Shown here: positions 109,300 through 122,367 of the stretch, piece by piece | How positions within the stretch are numbered: the stretch's first letter is position 1 | Layout: the number at the start of each line of letters is the position of its first letter | Assembly (NCBI GenBank): GCA_029953675.1 | Contig: JAMWBK010000004.1 | Coordinates: forward strand, 1,012,001-1,260,000 | Direction of reading: 5' to 3' | Origin: Rhodosorus marinus CCMP1338 | Lineage: Eukaryota; Plantae; Rhodophyta | DNA: 248,000 nt | Program-made: the position numbers and the translations under genes | Notes under the pieces: model-generated | What the model was told of the DNA's origin: nothing | Database searches by the model: none | Seen by the model: the letters and a program-made list of their open reading frames with translations, nothing else

Positions 109300-112200
109300 C
109301 CGAGTCTCAGCTGCTCTACGTGCGGTGGATGAGGCCATCCACTCCTGGGATGGACTACTAAAAAATGCAACTTCGGACACAAAGTTGCAGCGAAGATCGC
109401 GCCCCTCCAACATCAAATCACCGTTCATACGCCACAGCAAGAAACTTAAATGGGTAAACGAGGACAGACGGTCAGGGTGTTCGCGGAACACTTCTTCAAG
109501 CCAACGAGAACCAACAGAATTTGCAAACCCAAAGCACTCAATGACCACAGGTAGCAGACGATGAGCTAGAGCCGAAGCACGAATCCCTGGGGAAGATGAA
109601 GCCCCCGGATATTTCAACTCTTTGCGACGTCTCTTACTGGCACCGGAAAATCCACGGCACTCTCCCGCAGCCGGCAAATAACGACTCAGCTGAGGATTAG
109701 GAACAGCAAGGTCAATGTAAGTCGTACGGCTGTTATCGTCACAGGTGACCACGAGATCAGCCACGCGGCGTTCATCATTTTGGTAGATTATATTGAATGA
109801 ATTGGTTTAATCGGAGGCTGAAACAAAAAAAAACTGAGGCTGTGGCGCGCCTCGGCGAGCATGTTGCTAGAATACGGCAGAAAGCGACATTTAGACGGCG
109901 GCGGAGCACCAGATATTCTTCAGGATGTTCGGTAAAACAGTTGCGCAGCCACTCCAAGCTTGACTTTGACAGATGTCCAAAGCTTTCCACAATGAAAGGC
110001 TGGACTTTACTAGCATAGCCTGAAGCGATGAAAGGCTGGAACCTGTGAGACCGGCCCTCTTCACGGAGAAGACTGGCCATGCTCTCAGCGTACCGTCGTT
110101 CCCTCACAAGGCGAAGTATAGAAGCTGCTGCCCCCGTGCGGGGCACCGCAGAAGGGAAATGGGTACTGCACACGGGGCAAGTAACAGCGAGGTCCAAATA
110201 TACTGAGCGTCTGGCGGCGGCCTTTGATACCAGAAGATCTTTGATGCAACGAGGAGATGTGGTTGCGGAGGGTGTACTAGGCAGTGCCGATTCCACCTCG
110301 ATCGTGTAGGCAACTCTTGTCAAGTGTTCGTTCAGGATGTATTTCAGGCGCGTGTGTCTCTTCGTACGATGACCCCGTAGCAGTTCACACGAGCGCAAAA
110401 ACGGTTGCCCACATCCGTCGATACGGCTCGCACAACCTTGGCAGAAGGCAGGGCGATTAGAATGCCAAGGGGCCGGTGGCAAACCCAGGTAGGTGCGTGC
110501 TGCAGTCCGGAACTGGAAAGCGTTCAGCGTTGGCCCCGTGACGAGGGCAGAGTGGTTAGACATAGGTGAAAGATAGATGACCTCCCATGCCCTGTAGACG
110601 AGCCGCAGTGGTAGGTGGTGTGAGTGGAGAGTTGAGCAAGATTGTGTGAGCAGCACTGTGTTGGTCCCAAGGAAGGCTATGTTGGATCACATCAGTGCGG
110701 GAGCTTCGCGATCTGCTTATTCCCGGGTAATCGGCCTCGAGTGACTGAGGACCGACTGGCGTAATCGTTGGCATCGCCACCTCTCCGCTAACTTCCGGAT
110801 GCTCTCAATCATTCCGATGGGCCGAAGACGCGGTTGCTCATGCGAATGATCGGCTTTCGCAAACAAGCAAAGCTGTGCCCGCCGTAAGTGTGCCTACGGT
110901 GTGGACGCGCGTACAGTTCCCTGCAAAAAGGCATTCAGAGTCTTCACCAATGCGCGTCGGCCCGTCTCGCTCAAAGCCTGCAATAATTCCGTGCGAAGGT
111001 CTGAAGGCCCAGGGGAACGGTCGCGGTGGGAGGTACGGAGAAGTGAGGCTATGTTGGATCACATCAGTGCGTGAGCTCCACGATCTGTTTATACCCGGTT
111101 AATCGGCCACGGGTGACTGGGGCCTGGCTCCACTATCGTCCGCCAGCACACGATTAACCGTAGATTCCACTACAGCCTCATTGCGTCCCCATAGCACTTC
111201 CTTCCAGGAAGTGAACTTAGATCGATTCTCCTCTGGCACGGCATTGCAAGGACGAAACGACTGGCGCAGGCCGTCGTAGATGCGCAGTAGCGGTCGCGGA
111301 AGGTTGACTGGGTCATCGTTCGTCAGTGCCCAAGTCAAAAGGCACGCACTGCGGAACCTAAATCCCACAAGGGAATGAAGAGCGGTGGCCCAGGAAGCCA
111401 CCGTCGCCGTCGACAAGACGTCGGTCACCCACTCCAAAGCCTCCCAGGCGCGCGCAGGGTAGAGCATCCGAGCCCGTACCAGGTCCCTATCAGGTGCCGA
111501 TGTCGAAGAAGTGGTTCGTCCAATAGTGTGCCCCAATATCGCCTCGTCCGACATAGCAGCAATCCACGCTCCCCGTTGGGGTGGAAGACTTCTCAGCCAA
111601 TAGTTGAGGAGGGACCCGCACAAAGTTGAGGAGGGACCCGCACAAAATCGAGAAATCAGGAACACCGATAGCAGCATACCATCAGGAAGGCCCTCAATGG
111701 CATATCTCAGCTGCCTTGTGCTTGGTCAAAACTCGTTCGCAGGAGGCTTGCGCGAAGCTATCACTTTCCAGCCTAATACCATGATGCATCAGACCCTCAG
111801 GTCGGCAAAGGTGCATGAGAGCGTCGGCCAGACTACCCGTAGGGCACCCAGTGAGGCCCCTACGGGGCCTCACTGGGTGGGGGAAAACAACACTTCTCCG
111901 GCACGACTGTCAACCCCACCTCACTTGCAATAGCTTGGATCCCGCCAACCCCGATCTAGATCCGAAGGGCTACCCATCAACGTCACATTATCATGATATG
112001 CACAGATTCGTAGGTCCTCCATCTCAATCGCGAGCTGCGAGGCACAGGCGTGAAGGACCGGCCCACAAGGATCCCCTTGTTGTATCCCTGTGTATGCTTC
112101 AAAAAATTTCACCCCCAGCAGGCATGTACGGGAGCACAGTAAATCCCAACTAAAAAAGGCCAAGCCTCAGGAAACACCCTTCGAACCACCTCCACTGCGT

Positions 112201-113995
112201 GCGTCAGGGATATTTCCGAAAAGCTGTTGAAAGCGCGCCGGAAATCAATAGCCAGGATGCCCCAGGCCGGCTTAGTGGCCCGTTCTAGCTCGATCGCATG
112301 GGTATTCGCATCCCCCAGAAAACCCCACCGCCACTTGGAGAGGAGCCAAAAAAAATTGTAACACGCTGGCCTGGTCGCTGGCGTAGCCACCTCCCCACTA
112401 ACTTCCGTATGCTCTCAATCATTCCGATGGTCCGAAGCCGAGGGTGCTCAGGCGAGTGATCGGCTTTCGCAAGCAAACAAAGCTGCGCCCGCTGTAAGTT
112501 TGCCCACGGCGTGGACGCGAGTAGAGTTCCCGGCATTCAGAATCTTCACCAATGCGCGTCGGCCCCGTCTCGCTCAGGGCCTGCAATACTCCCGTTCGAA
112601 GGCCTGAAGGCCCAGGGGACCTTCCGCGGCGGGAGGTACGGAGAAGTTCCTCCAAATCGAACTCGCGGGGCGTCGTATCTATGCGAAGGCCGGCCAACTC
112701 TGGTCGGTCGAGAAGGGCAGCGAAGTTGAGCTGGAGCTCCACATCAGACGACGGAAATAATGCTGATATCGGTTCCGCCAGCCGGTCATCATAGGGAAGG
112801 ACAGGCACTTGTCCCTCCAAAACCTGTGCCGCTCGACTCAAATCACCAACCTCCACCAACTTCTGCACCCGAGCCGTCATGTGCGAGGCACCCTCGGACT
112901 TGACCGTGCGTACCGAGGCCTCGAGCGACCTCATGTAAATACTTTGCATAACCTCAAGTTCCCCACGCAGGAACATTGCGAGCCGGTCCCGGACATGCCA
113001 GCTACGCGCTAATGTACGAGCGGGGCCAGGATCGAACGCGGCACGGAGGCCTCTGACAAGCCGATGTTCTGTCGAGACGAAGTCACCTGCCAGGTGATCG
113101 GTTTCTGGGAGCTCTACGTGGAAGTTGCTCCAGAACTTAGTAATCTGACCATCACCTTGATAGATAGATGCGCCCATGTTGCCGACTGCGAACGTGTGTG
113201 GTCATCAGGGGCCCGCACACGTACAGCAATCCGGAACAGATTGCAGGCGGAGCGAATTTTCATTGATTGAAACTGTGAAGTTGGGAACCACGAAAGCGAC
113301 TTGCCAGTCACGGGAGTTCATGTGGAACCCTTGTCCTGTTCGAAATACTGCTGGAATCCTCAGGTTTAGGACGGTAAACGGAGGGGGTGGTGCTAAGGCC
113401 TTGTAGAAGCTTCTATAGATGTTCCACCGCCTCCGCAGAACTGCTTCCCCATCCTGTCAACGCACCGTTTTCAATCGCCTAAGCTTCCATAACTGTTGTT
113501 CCACTACAGACTCATTGTGTGGACATAGCATCTCCTCCTAGGAACTGAACTTAGATCGATTCTTTTCCGGCACGGCATTGCACCGACGAAACGCCTGTTG
113601 CAGGCCGTTATAGATGCGCAGTAACGGCGGCGGAAGGTTGACCTGGTCATCGTTCGTCAGCGCCCGCGGAACCTAAACTTCACCGCATGAGGGAACGACG
113701 GTACGCTCAGAGCATGGCCGGTCTTCCCCGGGAAGAGGGCCGGTCTCTCAGATTCCAGCGTTTCTTTGTGGAAACCTTTGGGCATCTGGAAAAGTCAAGC
113801 TTGGAGTGGCTACATAAGAGCTTTACCGAATATCCTGAAGAATATCTGGTGCCCCTCCGCAGTTTAAGAATCGCACTCTGGCGGTATTCTAGAAACATGC
113901 TCGCCACCGTCGCCTGGGTTTACATGCTCTCCTTCCTAGTCGCTAATTTCCTTCTACGTTTTCCGTAGCGCATCAGGCTATGTTAGTAAAACCAC
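109300..113995. mobile_element. Degenerate CRE A fragment and older B-like copies
   Basis: ORFs 109261..109764, 109775..110656, 111099..111677 and 112419..113177. Confidence 0.8.
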
Positions 113996-116900
113996 CATCA
114001 CTGTTGTGCGGCGCTCCCTTCAAAGAGCGATTCTGAAAATCAAAAAAACCCCTTACCCCTGAAAAGAGTTCCATTTTCCCGTTACCCACTAAAAACCCGC
114101 GATAGTCATTAAATGTTCATCGCCCAGCCACCAAATTCTCTACGGATGCACTGGAATCGCCTATTGCCCGCACTTACAGGCCCGCCCCGCCCTTAAACCC
114201 CCCTGTTTTCGCAGGTTTACCCACTTCTGGGTCGAAAACAGTCAAAAACCCAATGGGCCCAACCCTACTCCGAGTTGTTTTACTGTTTTGCAATAGTCTG
114301 CCCATCCGCTTGAAGAATTATCGGTACCTCCAGATAAACGTTATCCGCGGCACATGACAGCACAAGAGAACGAACGAATGGTTTAATCGGAGGCTGAAAG
114401 AAAAAACCCCGAGGGGAAAAAAAGACTATGTGCGGCGAAGAACTCGCGCCTCCAACATCAAAGCGGCATTCATGCGCCACAGCAGGAAACGTAAGCGGGT
114501 AAACAACGATTGAAGACGGTCAGGGCGTTCGCGGAACAACTCCCGAAGCCAGCGAGAACCAACAGAGTCCATGAACCCAAAGCACTCAATGATCAGGGGA
114601 CAAGAGAGAGGAAAACAACTCGAAAAAGGAAGAAATTTTGTACCAGACGGTGGCCTACTTCTAAATCACTTTCTACACGTTTGTCGTACATTTTGCACTG
114701 GAACCCTTTTTTTACCCGATGGTGATTGTCAATTCCAACCAGTCCGATCAAATTTTTGATGTCCTATAGAAGGCTACCAAAATGATGAACGCCGCATGGA
114801 TGACCTCTCGTGGTCACCTGTGGCGATAGCCGCCGTACGACGTACATTGATCTGTACATTGATCTAGCTGTTCCTAATCCTCAGGATAGTCACCATGTGC
114901 CGGCTGCGGGAGAGCGCCGTGGATTTGCCGCTGCCAGTATGAAACGATGCAATTAGTTGAAATATGCGGGGTCTTTGCTTCCGAACCTGGTACGCCGTCT
115001 AGGGAAGATTCTGCGTCATATCATGGGCTAGCCGCTGCTTGTCTTCGAACTGCTTCGGAATCTTCGGCATAACTAAGCCATATGCCCGTGATGGTCTCCA
115101 ACGGGTTATTTCATTGTCGAAAGTCGGCTGTGAATTGGGTTTTCTGCCGTACCTGGATTTGCGATGAGTATTTGCTCGTCGCTTTTGTAACTTACCGCTC
115201 CACAACATGTACATGTTTTCCCATACTCTTCGTACACATCTCGCTCCGAACCCTTCCCCCTTCACATGGTAATCGATATGTCTTTTATAGCCTTGTGCAA
115301 ACGTTCACATCCTAATCACCATCGTGCAAAAACGCAATAAATTTCTAATACTAGACAGCTCGCCCTCAACATCTTCCCAACGACAACGTTTTCGGTGGGC
115401 GCTACTTCTTCTGACTCAGATTACATTTAATCTTCTATTGTTCTGCTGAAATTTTCTTTTACAGGAACTTACGAAAGTGGCACAGTTGAGCCTTACAATC
115501 GGTTACCGCCAACTGGTAAGTCCTCCACGGGGACTCCTGCCGAGAATTGCTCGTCCGCGAAGGGGTACTTGGATTGGTAGACCGTTCCTAGCAGCTATTT
115601 TAGATAGCACCGCAACCCCCAAAGCGATGAAATTCATACAGCTGAGGCTCAATCTACAGGATACTTATCCCATGTTAGTGCTTGGGATCAGTCTGAATAT
115701 CGAGAATGTTTCGGATGCGTGAACGTGTTTGAACGTCCTGGTTCAAGAAATCAAAGCTTGACGACTATAATCCCACAGGAATTCCTTATCAGCCATCGAC
115801 AAGAATACATGACCTCCGCTTTTAGCAAGGATTATAAGGATCGCCTAGCGAGGCTCTCGAGAAAGTAAACCGGCTCTTTGCTTTATTTTACTTCCTCCGA
115901 AGCCGACATTGTCTGTTTACAGAATCATAGCAAGCGCTTAAGAACCGAATTCGAGCCACAGGGCACGTCCAAGTTGTGGCATATTGGGGGTGTTGAGCTC
116001 CCCTTGTCAGCCAAAAGAAGCGTATAAAAACGTCCGCCGCCGGAAAAAGAAGACACCCTCGCCCGGAACGGAATCACGTAGCGGGCACTAGCAGCAGATG
116101 TTGTAAAGTACCATCTCACCTGCTCCAGGAAAGCATATACTTGTAGTTTTGCACGCGGAGGAATATCCGGGCGGATGTTGACTAAAAAACCTAGCTGACA
116201 GGTTGTGCTTGCGGGTTTGATTTTGAATAAGTCATATTGACTGACTGAAAAAGAGATACAACAGACTGATAGTCGTGGTTCTGATTGTGTTGCGATGACC
116301 GTAACGCCGCTACATCAATATTCAGAGTCCGTTCAGTCATTTGCGGAAGCAGCAAACCTCACGGCGAGGATTCCACAAGCATATGGACTAGTTTTTTCAG
116401 CGGGCAGACTCTCTCAGTAATTCAATTAAAGCGACATCAAGGCCATTAAACTGACAAATTCATACAGAAACGTCGCAAAACTAGTTTCTTCAGCAGCTAA
116501 TATCCGGTAGTATCCCTTCAGTCCTTGCGTACAACGGCTATTCCCCACCAGCACACAGACTTCCCCGCGCTGGGAATCAAAAACTAACAAAAAACGGGAA
116601 GTAGTTGGGAGAGGCTTGTAAACCCGCAGGGCGAGGGCTCCACACACGCCCACAAAGTATTTGGTTGTTTTTTTGCAGGAATTCGTACCCCAGCCCGCAT
116701 GGCAAACCGCTTTAAGCGACGAATATGTTCCGTGTGATCCCCGAGCGGCTCTCCTCGCTGCTCACCCGTTTGAGTTTCCTGTTGTGGCATAATAACGCAG
116801 CTTTGATGTTGAAGGTGCATGGTCTTCGCCGTCACTAATCTTCCTCCAGCAGCCCCCCCAGCTTTTCTTGTTCATCCTCCGAACAATGATCTTCTTCTGC

Positions 116901-118173
116901 TTCTACTAAACGTGATCAGGATCCTTTCAGTCTTTGCTGAGACGGCAGGGATACCGCCGGGCGAGGACGAACCACCACCGGCACCACGCGCACGCGGGGG
117001 AGCGCCGGGGATTCAAAAAAGACAAAAAAACAAATATCTGGACCCCCTGGACATGGGGTGCAAGTGAGTTTAGAGCGAACGCGTAGTAGTGGTATTGCGC
117101 TGCGGTAGGTCGCTGCCGAATAAAGGCTACGGGGTCAAGGATGCGTAATCAGAGAATGATCAGGCAGCTAACTTCCTCATGGACATCACCTTGTGGACGT
117201 TTCTGCAGTGTAAATTTTCAAGCTGGTGACCTCTATCGTATGCCACGAAGTTCGGCTTAAGTAGAAAGTACCAACCCTTTCATCCCCCCTTCAAAAACAC
117301 TCCATAGGGATTTTTATAATATATTTCTGCACCCCAAAGAGGTCGGCTTTAGGTGGTCCAACAGGGGTACCCAGTCACTTCGTTAGTGAAACCACCAACT
117401 GGTTTCTTTCCGCTGCCTTAAAATAAATGGCTTACCTCCCCAATCACACACCCCAACGAAGCCGCATGAATGCCGCTTTGATGTTGGAGGCGCGAGTACT
117501 TCGCCGCGCTTAGTCTTTTTTTCCCCTCGGGGTTTTTTTTTCAGCCTCCGATTAAACCATTCGTTCAACGAAGCCCAACCCGCTCCAGCATACACTGACG
117601 CTCAAACCCCGAACGACACTCAAATTACGCCCCATTCGATACAGTCAGTTGCTTTATTCTGGTCACTATCGTAAATTCATTTCATTCATCGTATTCACGA
117701 TAACACAAATCATTAACAAACGAAATATTTTCCCAATGTGAAAGCCTATGCGCTTTAAAACATCTATTATACGAATATAATATATCATAAAATAGTATTT
117801 ATTGAGTACACTCAAGAGTGTACACACTCTTTATTTGCAATCTATATTATCCTTATTTATTAAGCAATGGCCTGAGTCAGGTATCGCGATGCGTATTCTG
117901 AGGGGAATGTCTGTTGAATGAATTGAGGTACTGTTTAGAACGAACTGTTTAGTGTAACGAGCAGAAAGGGTTCATTGACTGAATTTGCATTTGGGTGGAG
118001 CAGTCGGAGCAGACTTGGAACTAAGAACCGAGAGATTAGCGGGATTTCATGGCATAATGAAATCTGGTGGGTAGTCTAAGAACTTCCTTGCGTAGCGCTT
118101 CAGGCTATGCTAGTAAAGTCCAGTCTAAGAGCATATATATGTATTGGAGAGAACCCTAAAAGGGGTGGATTAG

Positions 118174-118617
118174 GTGGGTTTGGTGTTGGTGGCTTTGCTA
118201 CCGGGAGGTTGGGAAATCCAGATGCTCTGGCGAGACTTCATGGTCGGGCGTAGCTGGATTTGTGATATATGCTTCAGATCCTACGCGACCAAATGGAACC
118301 TGAAGAATCATAAACGTAAGCACAAGGATGAACGGACGTACGTCTGCAGCTGTGGGGAGCGCTTTCTATGGAAGCCGCAGCTGGACACCCACCAGCGGAG
118401 TGTAGTCTGCCAGGATATAGATGAGGTGATCGAGGAACTGTTTCTCGGCACTTCGGTAAGCGAGGACAATATTCTGGTCGAGGGACAGCGAGATATTAGC
118501 GATCGTGAAGCCAAAGAGGGAGGCAGCTCTGAGACAAGCAAACGGTGCATCAAGAAACGTCGAAAAAAATGGACTAGACGAGCACTTTCTGAGCAAGAAG
118601 ATTCCAGCGACGACTAG
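118174..118617 (+). CDS. C2H2 zinc-finger protein (two fingers)
   Basis: CDICFRSYATKWNLKNHKRKH, linker, CSCGERFLWKPQLDTHQR. Confidence 0.65.
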   Translation: MGLVLVALLPGGWEIQMLWRDFMVGRSWICDICFRSYATKWNLKNHKRKHKDERTYVCSCGERFLWKPQLDTHQRSVVCQDIDEVIEELFLGTSVSEDNILVEGQRDISDREAKEGGSSETSKRCIKKRRKKWTRRALSEQEDSSDD

Positions 118618-119742
118618 AGATACTGTTTCCCCGGCGCGCTGGCTTTGGTTTTGGGAACTAAAATACATGTCTGGCCTCCCTCAACGACAGTTCAACCAGG
118701 CATACTAGGAGTCAACAAGCAAGCTCACGACCCAGAAAAAAGGGTTGCAACGCTTGGCGTTCACTCATTTTCGTGCTATCTCATTTGCTGCGGAGGGAGT
118801 CGAACAAAGGCTAAGGAGTGCCGTGGAGCATCCGCTGATCGTACGGGTCCTCAAAACGAAGCCACGTTGCGAAGGTGCGCGGGACCGGGGGGGGGGAGAG
118901 TCCAGCGCAGGAGATCGGGCCTCAGCACGCTCTCCTCTTAGGAAAGGTGGAAGCGTCCATTCCTGAGGATGATCCCAGAAATCCAGCCACTACCGCAGAC
119001 AACGTTGGTGATAATGTTGCTCATCTGCATTGGGCCTTAGTTGGTAGCCCGGGATTACGGGTTTATTTCGCCTTTCTGGACTCTGCATGCTCACGCCGGC
119101 TTCTTGAATTTTGTCCAGGAGTGCCCAGATCAGCTCTGCTCTCCGAAAAGACTGCCGGGTTCTCTGCAGTGGCACGTGAATGTTGCTTTGATGTTGGAGA
119201 TGCGATTTACTCCTTAAGTAGTGTTTCATTCCCCTCGAGGCTTTATCTGATCTCAAAATAGACAGATTGACTAATCTTAGCTTGGCTGTCAGGAAAGCAG
119301 TCAGAGTTAGGTTGCTCCGGCAAAGCAGGAGCAAAGTATAATTCCTCCACCACTGTATGTTCTAACTACAATGGATAGCCCTCCGCAGTGGATGACGTGA
119401 GGACTGGAGGGCTAGTCCGAGATCTATCGCTTTTAGGGCTCTCGTTCTCGCTGCCTTGTGAACAATTAACACCTTTTCTGCCCTCAGAAACTCAGAGAGA
119501 GGAGTACGGACGGGCTGTAAGTCAGCTTTCAGACTAGCTAGGATTCCTCACCGTGCGTCTGAGAGGATCTGGATAAGTAATTCGTATTCGAAGAGGCTTG
119601 GAACTGAATAAAAAATAGATGCTCGTTTTATAGTCGGATGACCCGAGGTTTCCTAGCATTCGATCCCCCTGAAACTTTCACGAAAAGGTCAGGTCTCGTC
119701 ACCTTCGCAAACATCTCGGATCTTCCTCGGCGATCTACACGA

Positions 119743-122367
119743 TCAAGTCATCACCCGGGCCTCGAGCAGCGTATTTTCTCCTGTTCCTCCATCGAGCAAG
119801 TCATTGCCAGTCCCTCCACGCAGCTCATCATCGCCACCGCCTCCGAACAGCCGATCGTCCATGCTGCCGCCCAAGACCAGGTCGTCCCCACCCGAACCTG
119901 AGATCTCGTCATCACCAGACCCGCCAGATAATACGTCATCTCCCGAGCCTCCTATGAGGAGATCATTGTCCCCTCCTCCGTCCAATACGTCGGCTTCTGA
120001 TCCCCCCTCGATTCGATCCTCACCGTCCCCTCCCCTCAGAACATCCTCGTCGGACATCCCCAGAATCACATCATTCCCTTCCCCTCCCTCAATCTCATCC
120101 TCTCCATCCCCTCCCAACAACCTATCATCACCTTCGCCTCCGTCGATCCATCCCTTTCCGTTCAAGTTTTTTATATAATCATCCCCGCCCGCGCCGTACC
120201 CACGGTCCCATGCGCCGGAGCCGAGGTTCACTTCGTCATTTCCGCGTCCCCCGAAGACGATGTCGCTGCCTCCTCCGGCGTCTACCGTATCTGATCCATT
120301 GCCAGCCCAGATCTTGTCGTTGCCATCGAGGCCGTGTATGTTGTCGTCCCCGTCAAGTCCATAGATCCAGTCAACAAACTCAGTGCCGTACAGGGTGTCG
120401 TCCCGGTCGCTGCCTACGATGCGGTTGATGCAGTTGAGGCGGAGCGGGCATATTGGCCTGGATTCAGGGGAGACCGGACAGTCCTTAGAAGGCGTGACTG
120501 TCACCGTGGACGCTCCGCGAACGATTTTGGCCTCCAATACCATGCACAGCTCTCCATCACAGCAGTTGCTCGTTGACTCGATGGAGTCGGGACATATCGT
120601 CAGGCTGAGGTTTCTCCGAGTGTTCTCCACCTTCTTCCTTGCTCTGAACTTACGATTCCCGGCCGGTATGAGGTTGCAGTCCTGGTAGATTCCCATCTTA
120701 ACCGCTCGAAAAGTTCCAGTCTGCGCACTAAACCGGACCACCACGCACTTCATGCCGGCGACCGTCCTGTTCTTTGCACAGGCGGTCGCCAAACAGCTCC
120801 CTGTCCTCGTGTTGGTGAGGTCGTAACAGATTTCTCCAAAAGAAACCAGCGACTGGGTCTCGAGCAGCTCGGACTCACAACTCGTCCTCGGCAGCAACTT
120901 CTCCCGCTCGTCAACCTCGTCGTCCCCACTGCCACCATCAACCACATCAAACCCCGTCCCGGACTCGATCCTGTCGTCCCCCAGGTCTCCATTGATGGTA
121001 TCAACGTATCGATCCGCAGTACTAATCCTATCCTCGCCCGTTCCACCATCCACGCGACTCCCACCGCCCTCGTGGGAGATGTAATCCCACCCATTCCCGC
121101 CGTACACTCGTGCATACCCCCCGGAGCTGATTAACCGGTCATTTCCATCGTCCCCGAACACAGTATCCTCCCCACCGCTGCTTAGAATCACGTCCGGTCC
121201 TCCTCCACCTTTCAACACATCGTTACCACCGCCTTCGTCACGGATCCAATCGTAGTCTGCACCGCCCTTGACGTAGTCATCGCCGGATCCAGGAAGGATC
121301 CTGTTCACCCCGTCGCCTCCCACAATCCAGTCATTCTCGCTTCCACCCACCAGGTTGTCCACACCGAATCCGCCGCCGACGAGAAAGTCATCCCCCTGCT
121401 CCCCATTCGCGCGATCGAATCCGTCGCCGGTGCTGAGGTAGTCGTCGTCCTCTCCACCTTTGAGCCAGTCGTTTCCCAGCTCGCCGTAGATCCGGTCCTC
121501 ACCCTCCTGTCCGTCTATGTAGTCATCTCCGAGCCCTCCGAAGATCTGATCGTCTCCTTCATTACCAGTGGCATGATCTGACCCCCGTCCTAGGAAAACC
121601 AGGTCATCACCGCCGCCTGCAAAGACGCTGTCGCTGCCGTCGCCGCCAACAAGTCGATCGTTTCCGTCAAAGCCACGAAGCATATCATCACCACCGAGGC
121701 CATAGATGAAGTCGACGTATTTCGTACCGTCAAGCCTGTCGTTGCCGTCGGTACCAAAAATGTAGTTGACGCAGTTGTAGGCTATGGGACACGTTGGTCC
121801 GTCGTACCTGCCAGGAACTAGTCGCCTTCGGCAGGGTTTGGCATCAGGTCGAAGCGTTGGGCCGCGGTTCGCCGTCTTCGCTTCGGCGATCAGGCACTGA
121901 TCGCCGTCACAGCAATTAGTTTGAGTCCTGATTATGTCGTTGCAGTAGGTTAGAGACGCGGACCTGGGCTTCCAGGGCAAGTTTTTGCTTCGGTTGAACG
122001 GATCCCCCGTTTCACCCTCCAGCTTCAGGTCTTCACAGTCGTGGTACACGCCGAGGTAGATCCGGGAGAGCCTAAGCGATTCAAACGCAGTGAAGGTTGC
122101 TCTGATGCAGATTTTCCTGTCAATCTTCTCAGTCCTCGTGCAAAGCTCACCGGAGACGACGTCATCTCCTCCCATGAGCTTAAAGCACGTCTCTTCAAAG
122201 GAAACCGCTTCCTGACTACCCAACATCGTCTCCAAACAGTTGGAAAGGGCATCCACGGAATTAAAAACATATATTCCCATACCAAAAGTGACTACAAGCG
122301 TCCAGAAAACATCTCTCCTTACCTTCATCCTGCCCATCCTTCCCTCCTTCACCCCTGCAAACCTCAA
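119743..122367 (-). CDS. Secreted RTX/hemolysin-type Ca-binding repeat protein with two copies of the shared Cys-rich domain
   Basis: Many GGxGxDxL nonapeptides in two blocks, each preceded by a C..CC..C-x5-C domain. Confidence 0.88.
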   Translation of the reverse strand: MRFAGVKEGRMGRMKVRRDVFWTLVVTFGMGIYVFNSVDALSNCLETMLGSQEAVSFEETCFKLMGGDDVVSGELCTRTEKIDRKICIRATFTAFESLRLSRIYLGVYHDCEDLKLEGETGDPFNRSKNLPWKPRSASLTYCNDIIRTQTNCCDGDQCLIAEAKTANRGPTLRPDAKPCRRRLVPGRYDGPTCPIAYNCVNYIFGTDGNDRLDGTKYVDFIYGLGGDDMLRGFDGNDRLVGGDGSDSVFAGGGDDLVFLGRGSDHATGNEGDDQIFGGLGDDYIDGQEGEDRIYGELGNDWLKGGEDDDYLSTGDGFDRANGEQGDDFLVGGGFGVDNLVGGSENDWIVGGDGVNRILPGSGDDYVKGGADYDWIRDEGGGNDVLKGGGGPDVILSSGGEDTVFGDDGNDRLISSGGYARVYGGNGWDYISHEGGGSRVDGGTGEDRISTADRYVDTINGDLGDDRIESGTGFDVVDGGSGDDEVDEREKLLPRTSCESELLETQSLVSFGEICYDLTNTRTGSCLATACAKNRTVAGMKCVVVRFSAQTGTFRAVKMGIYQDCNLIPAGNRKFRARKKVENTRRNLSLTICPDSIESTSNCCDGELCMVLEAKIVRGASTVTVTPSKDCPVSPESRPICPLRLNCINRIVGSDRDDTLYGTEFVDWIYGLDGDDNIHGLDGNDKIWAGNGSDTVDAGGGSDIVFGGRGNDEVNLGSGAWDRGYGAGGDDYIKNLNGKGWIDGGEGDDRLLGGDGEDEIEGGEGNDVILGMSDEDVLRGGDGEDRIEGGSEADVLDGGGDNDLLIGGSGDDVLSGGSGDDEISGSGGDDLVLGGSMDDRLFGGGGDDELRGGTGNDLLDGGTGENTLLEARVMT

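Noticed and set aside
118620-119260. Possible tyrosine-recombinase (DIRS/Crypton) remnant ([11 protein letters not shown])
   Set aside because: Only one short weak motif; no catalytic R-H-R-Y residues seen.
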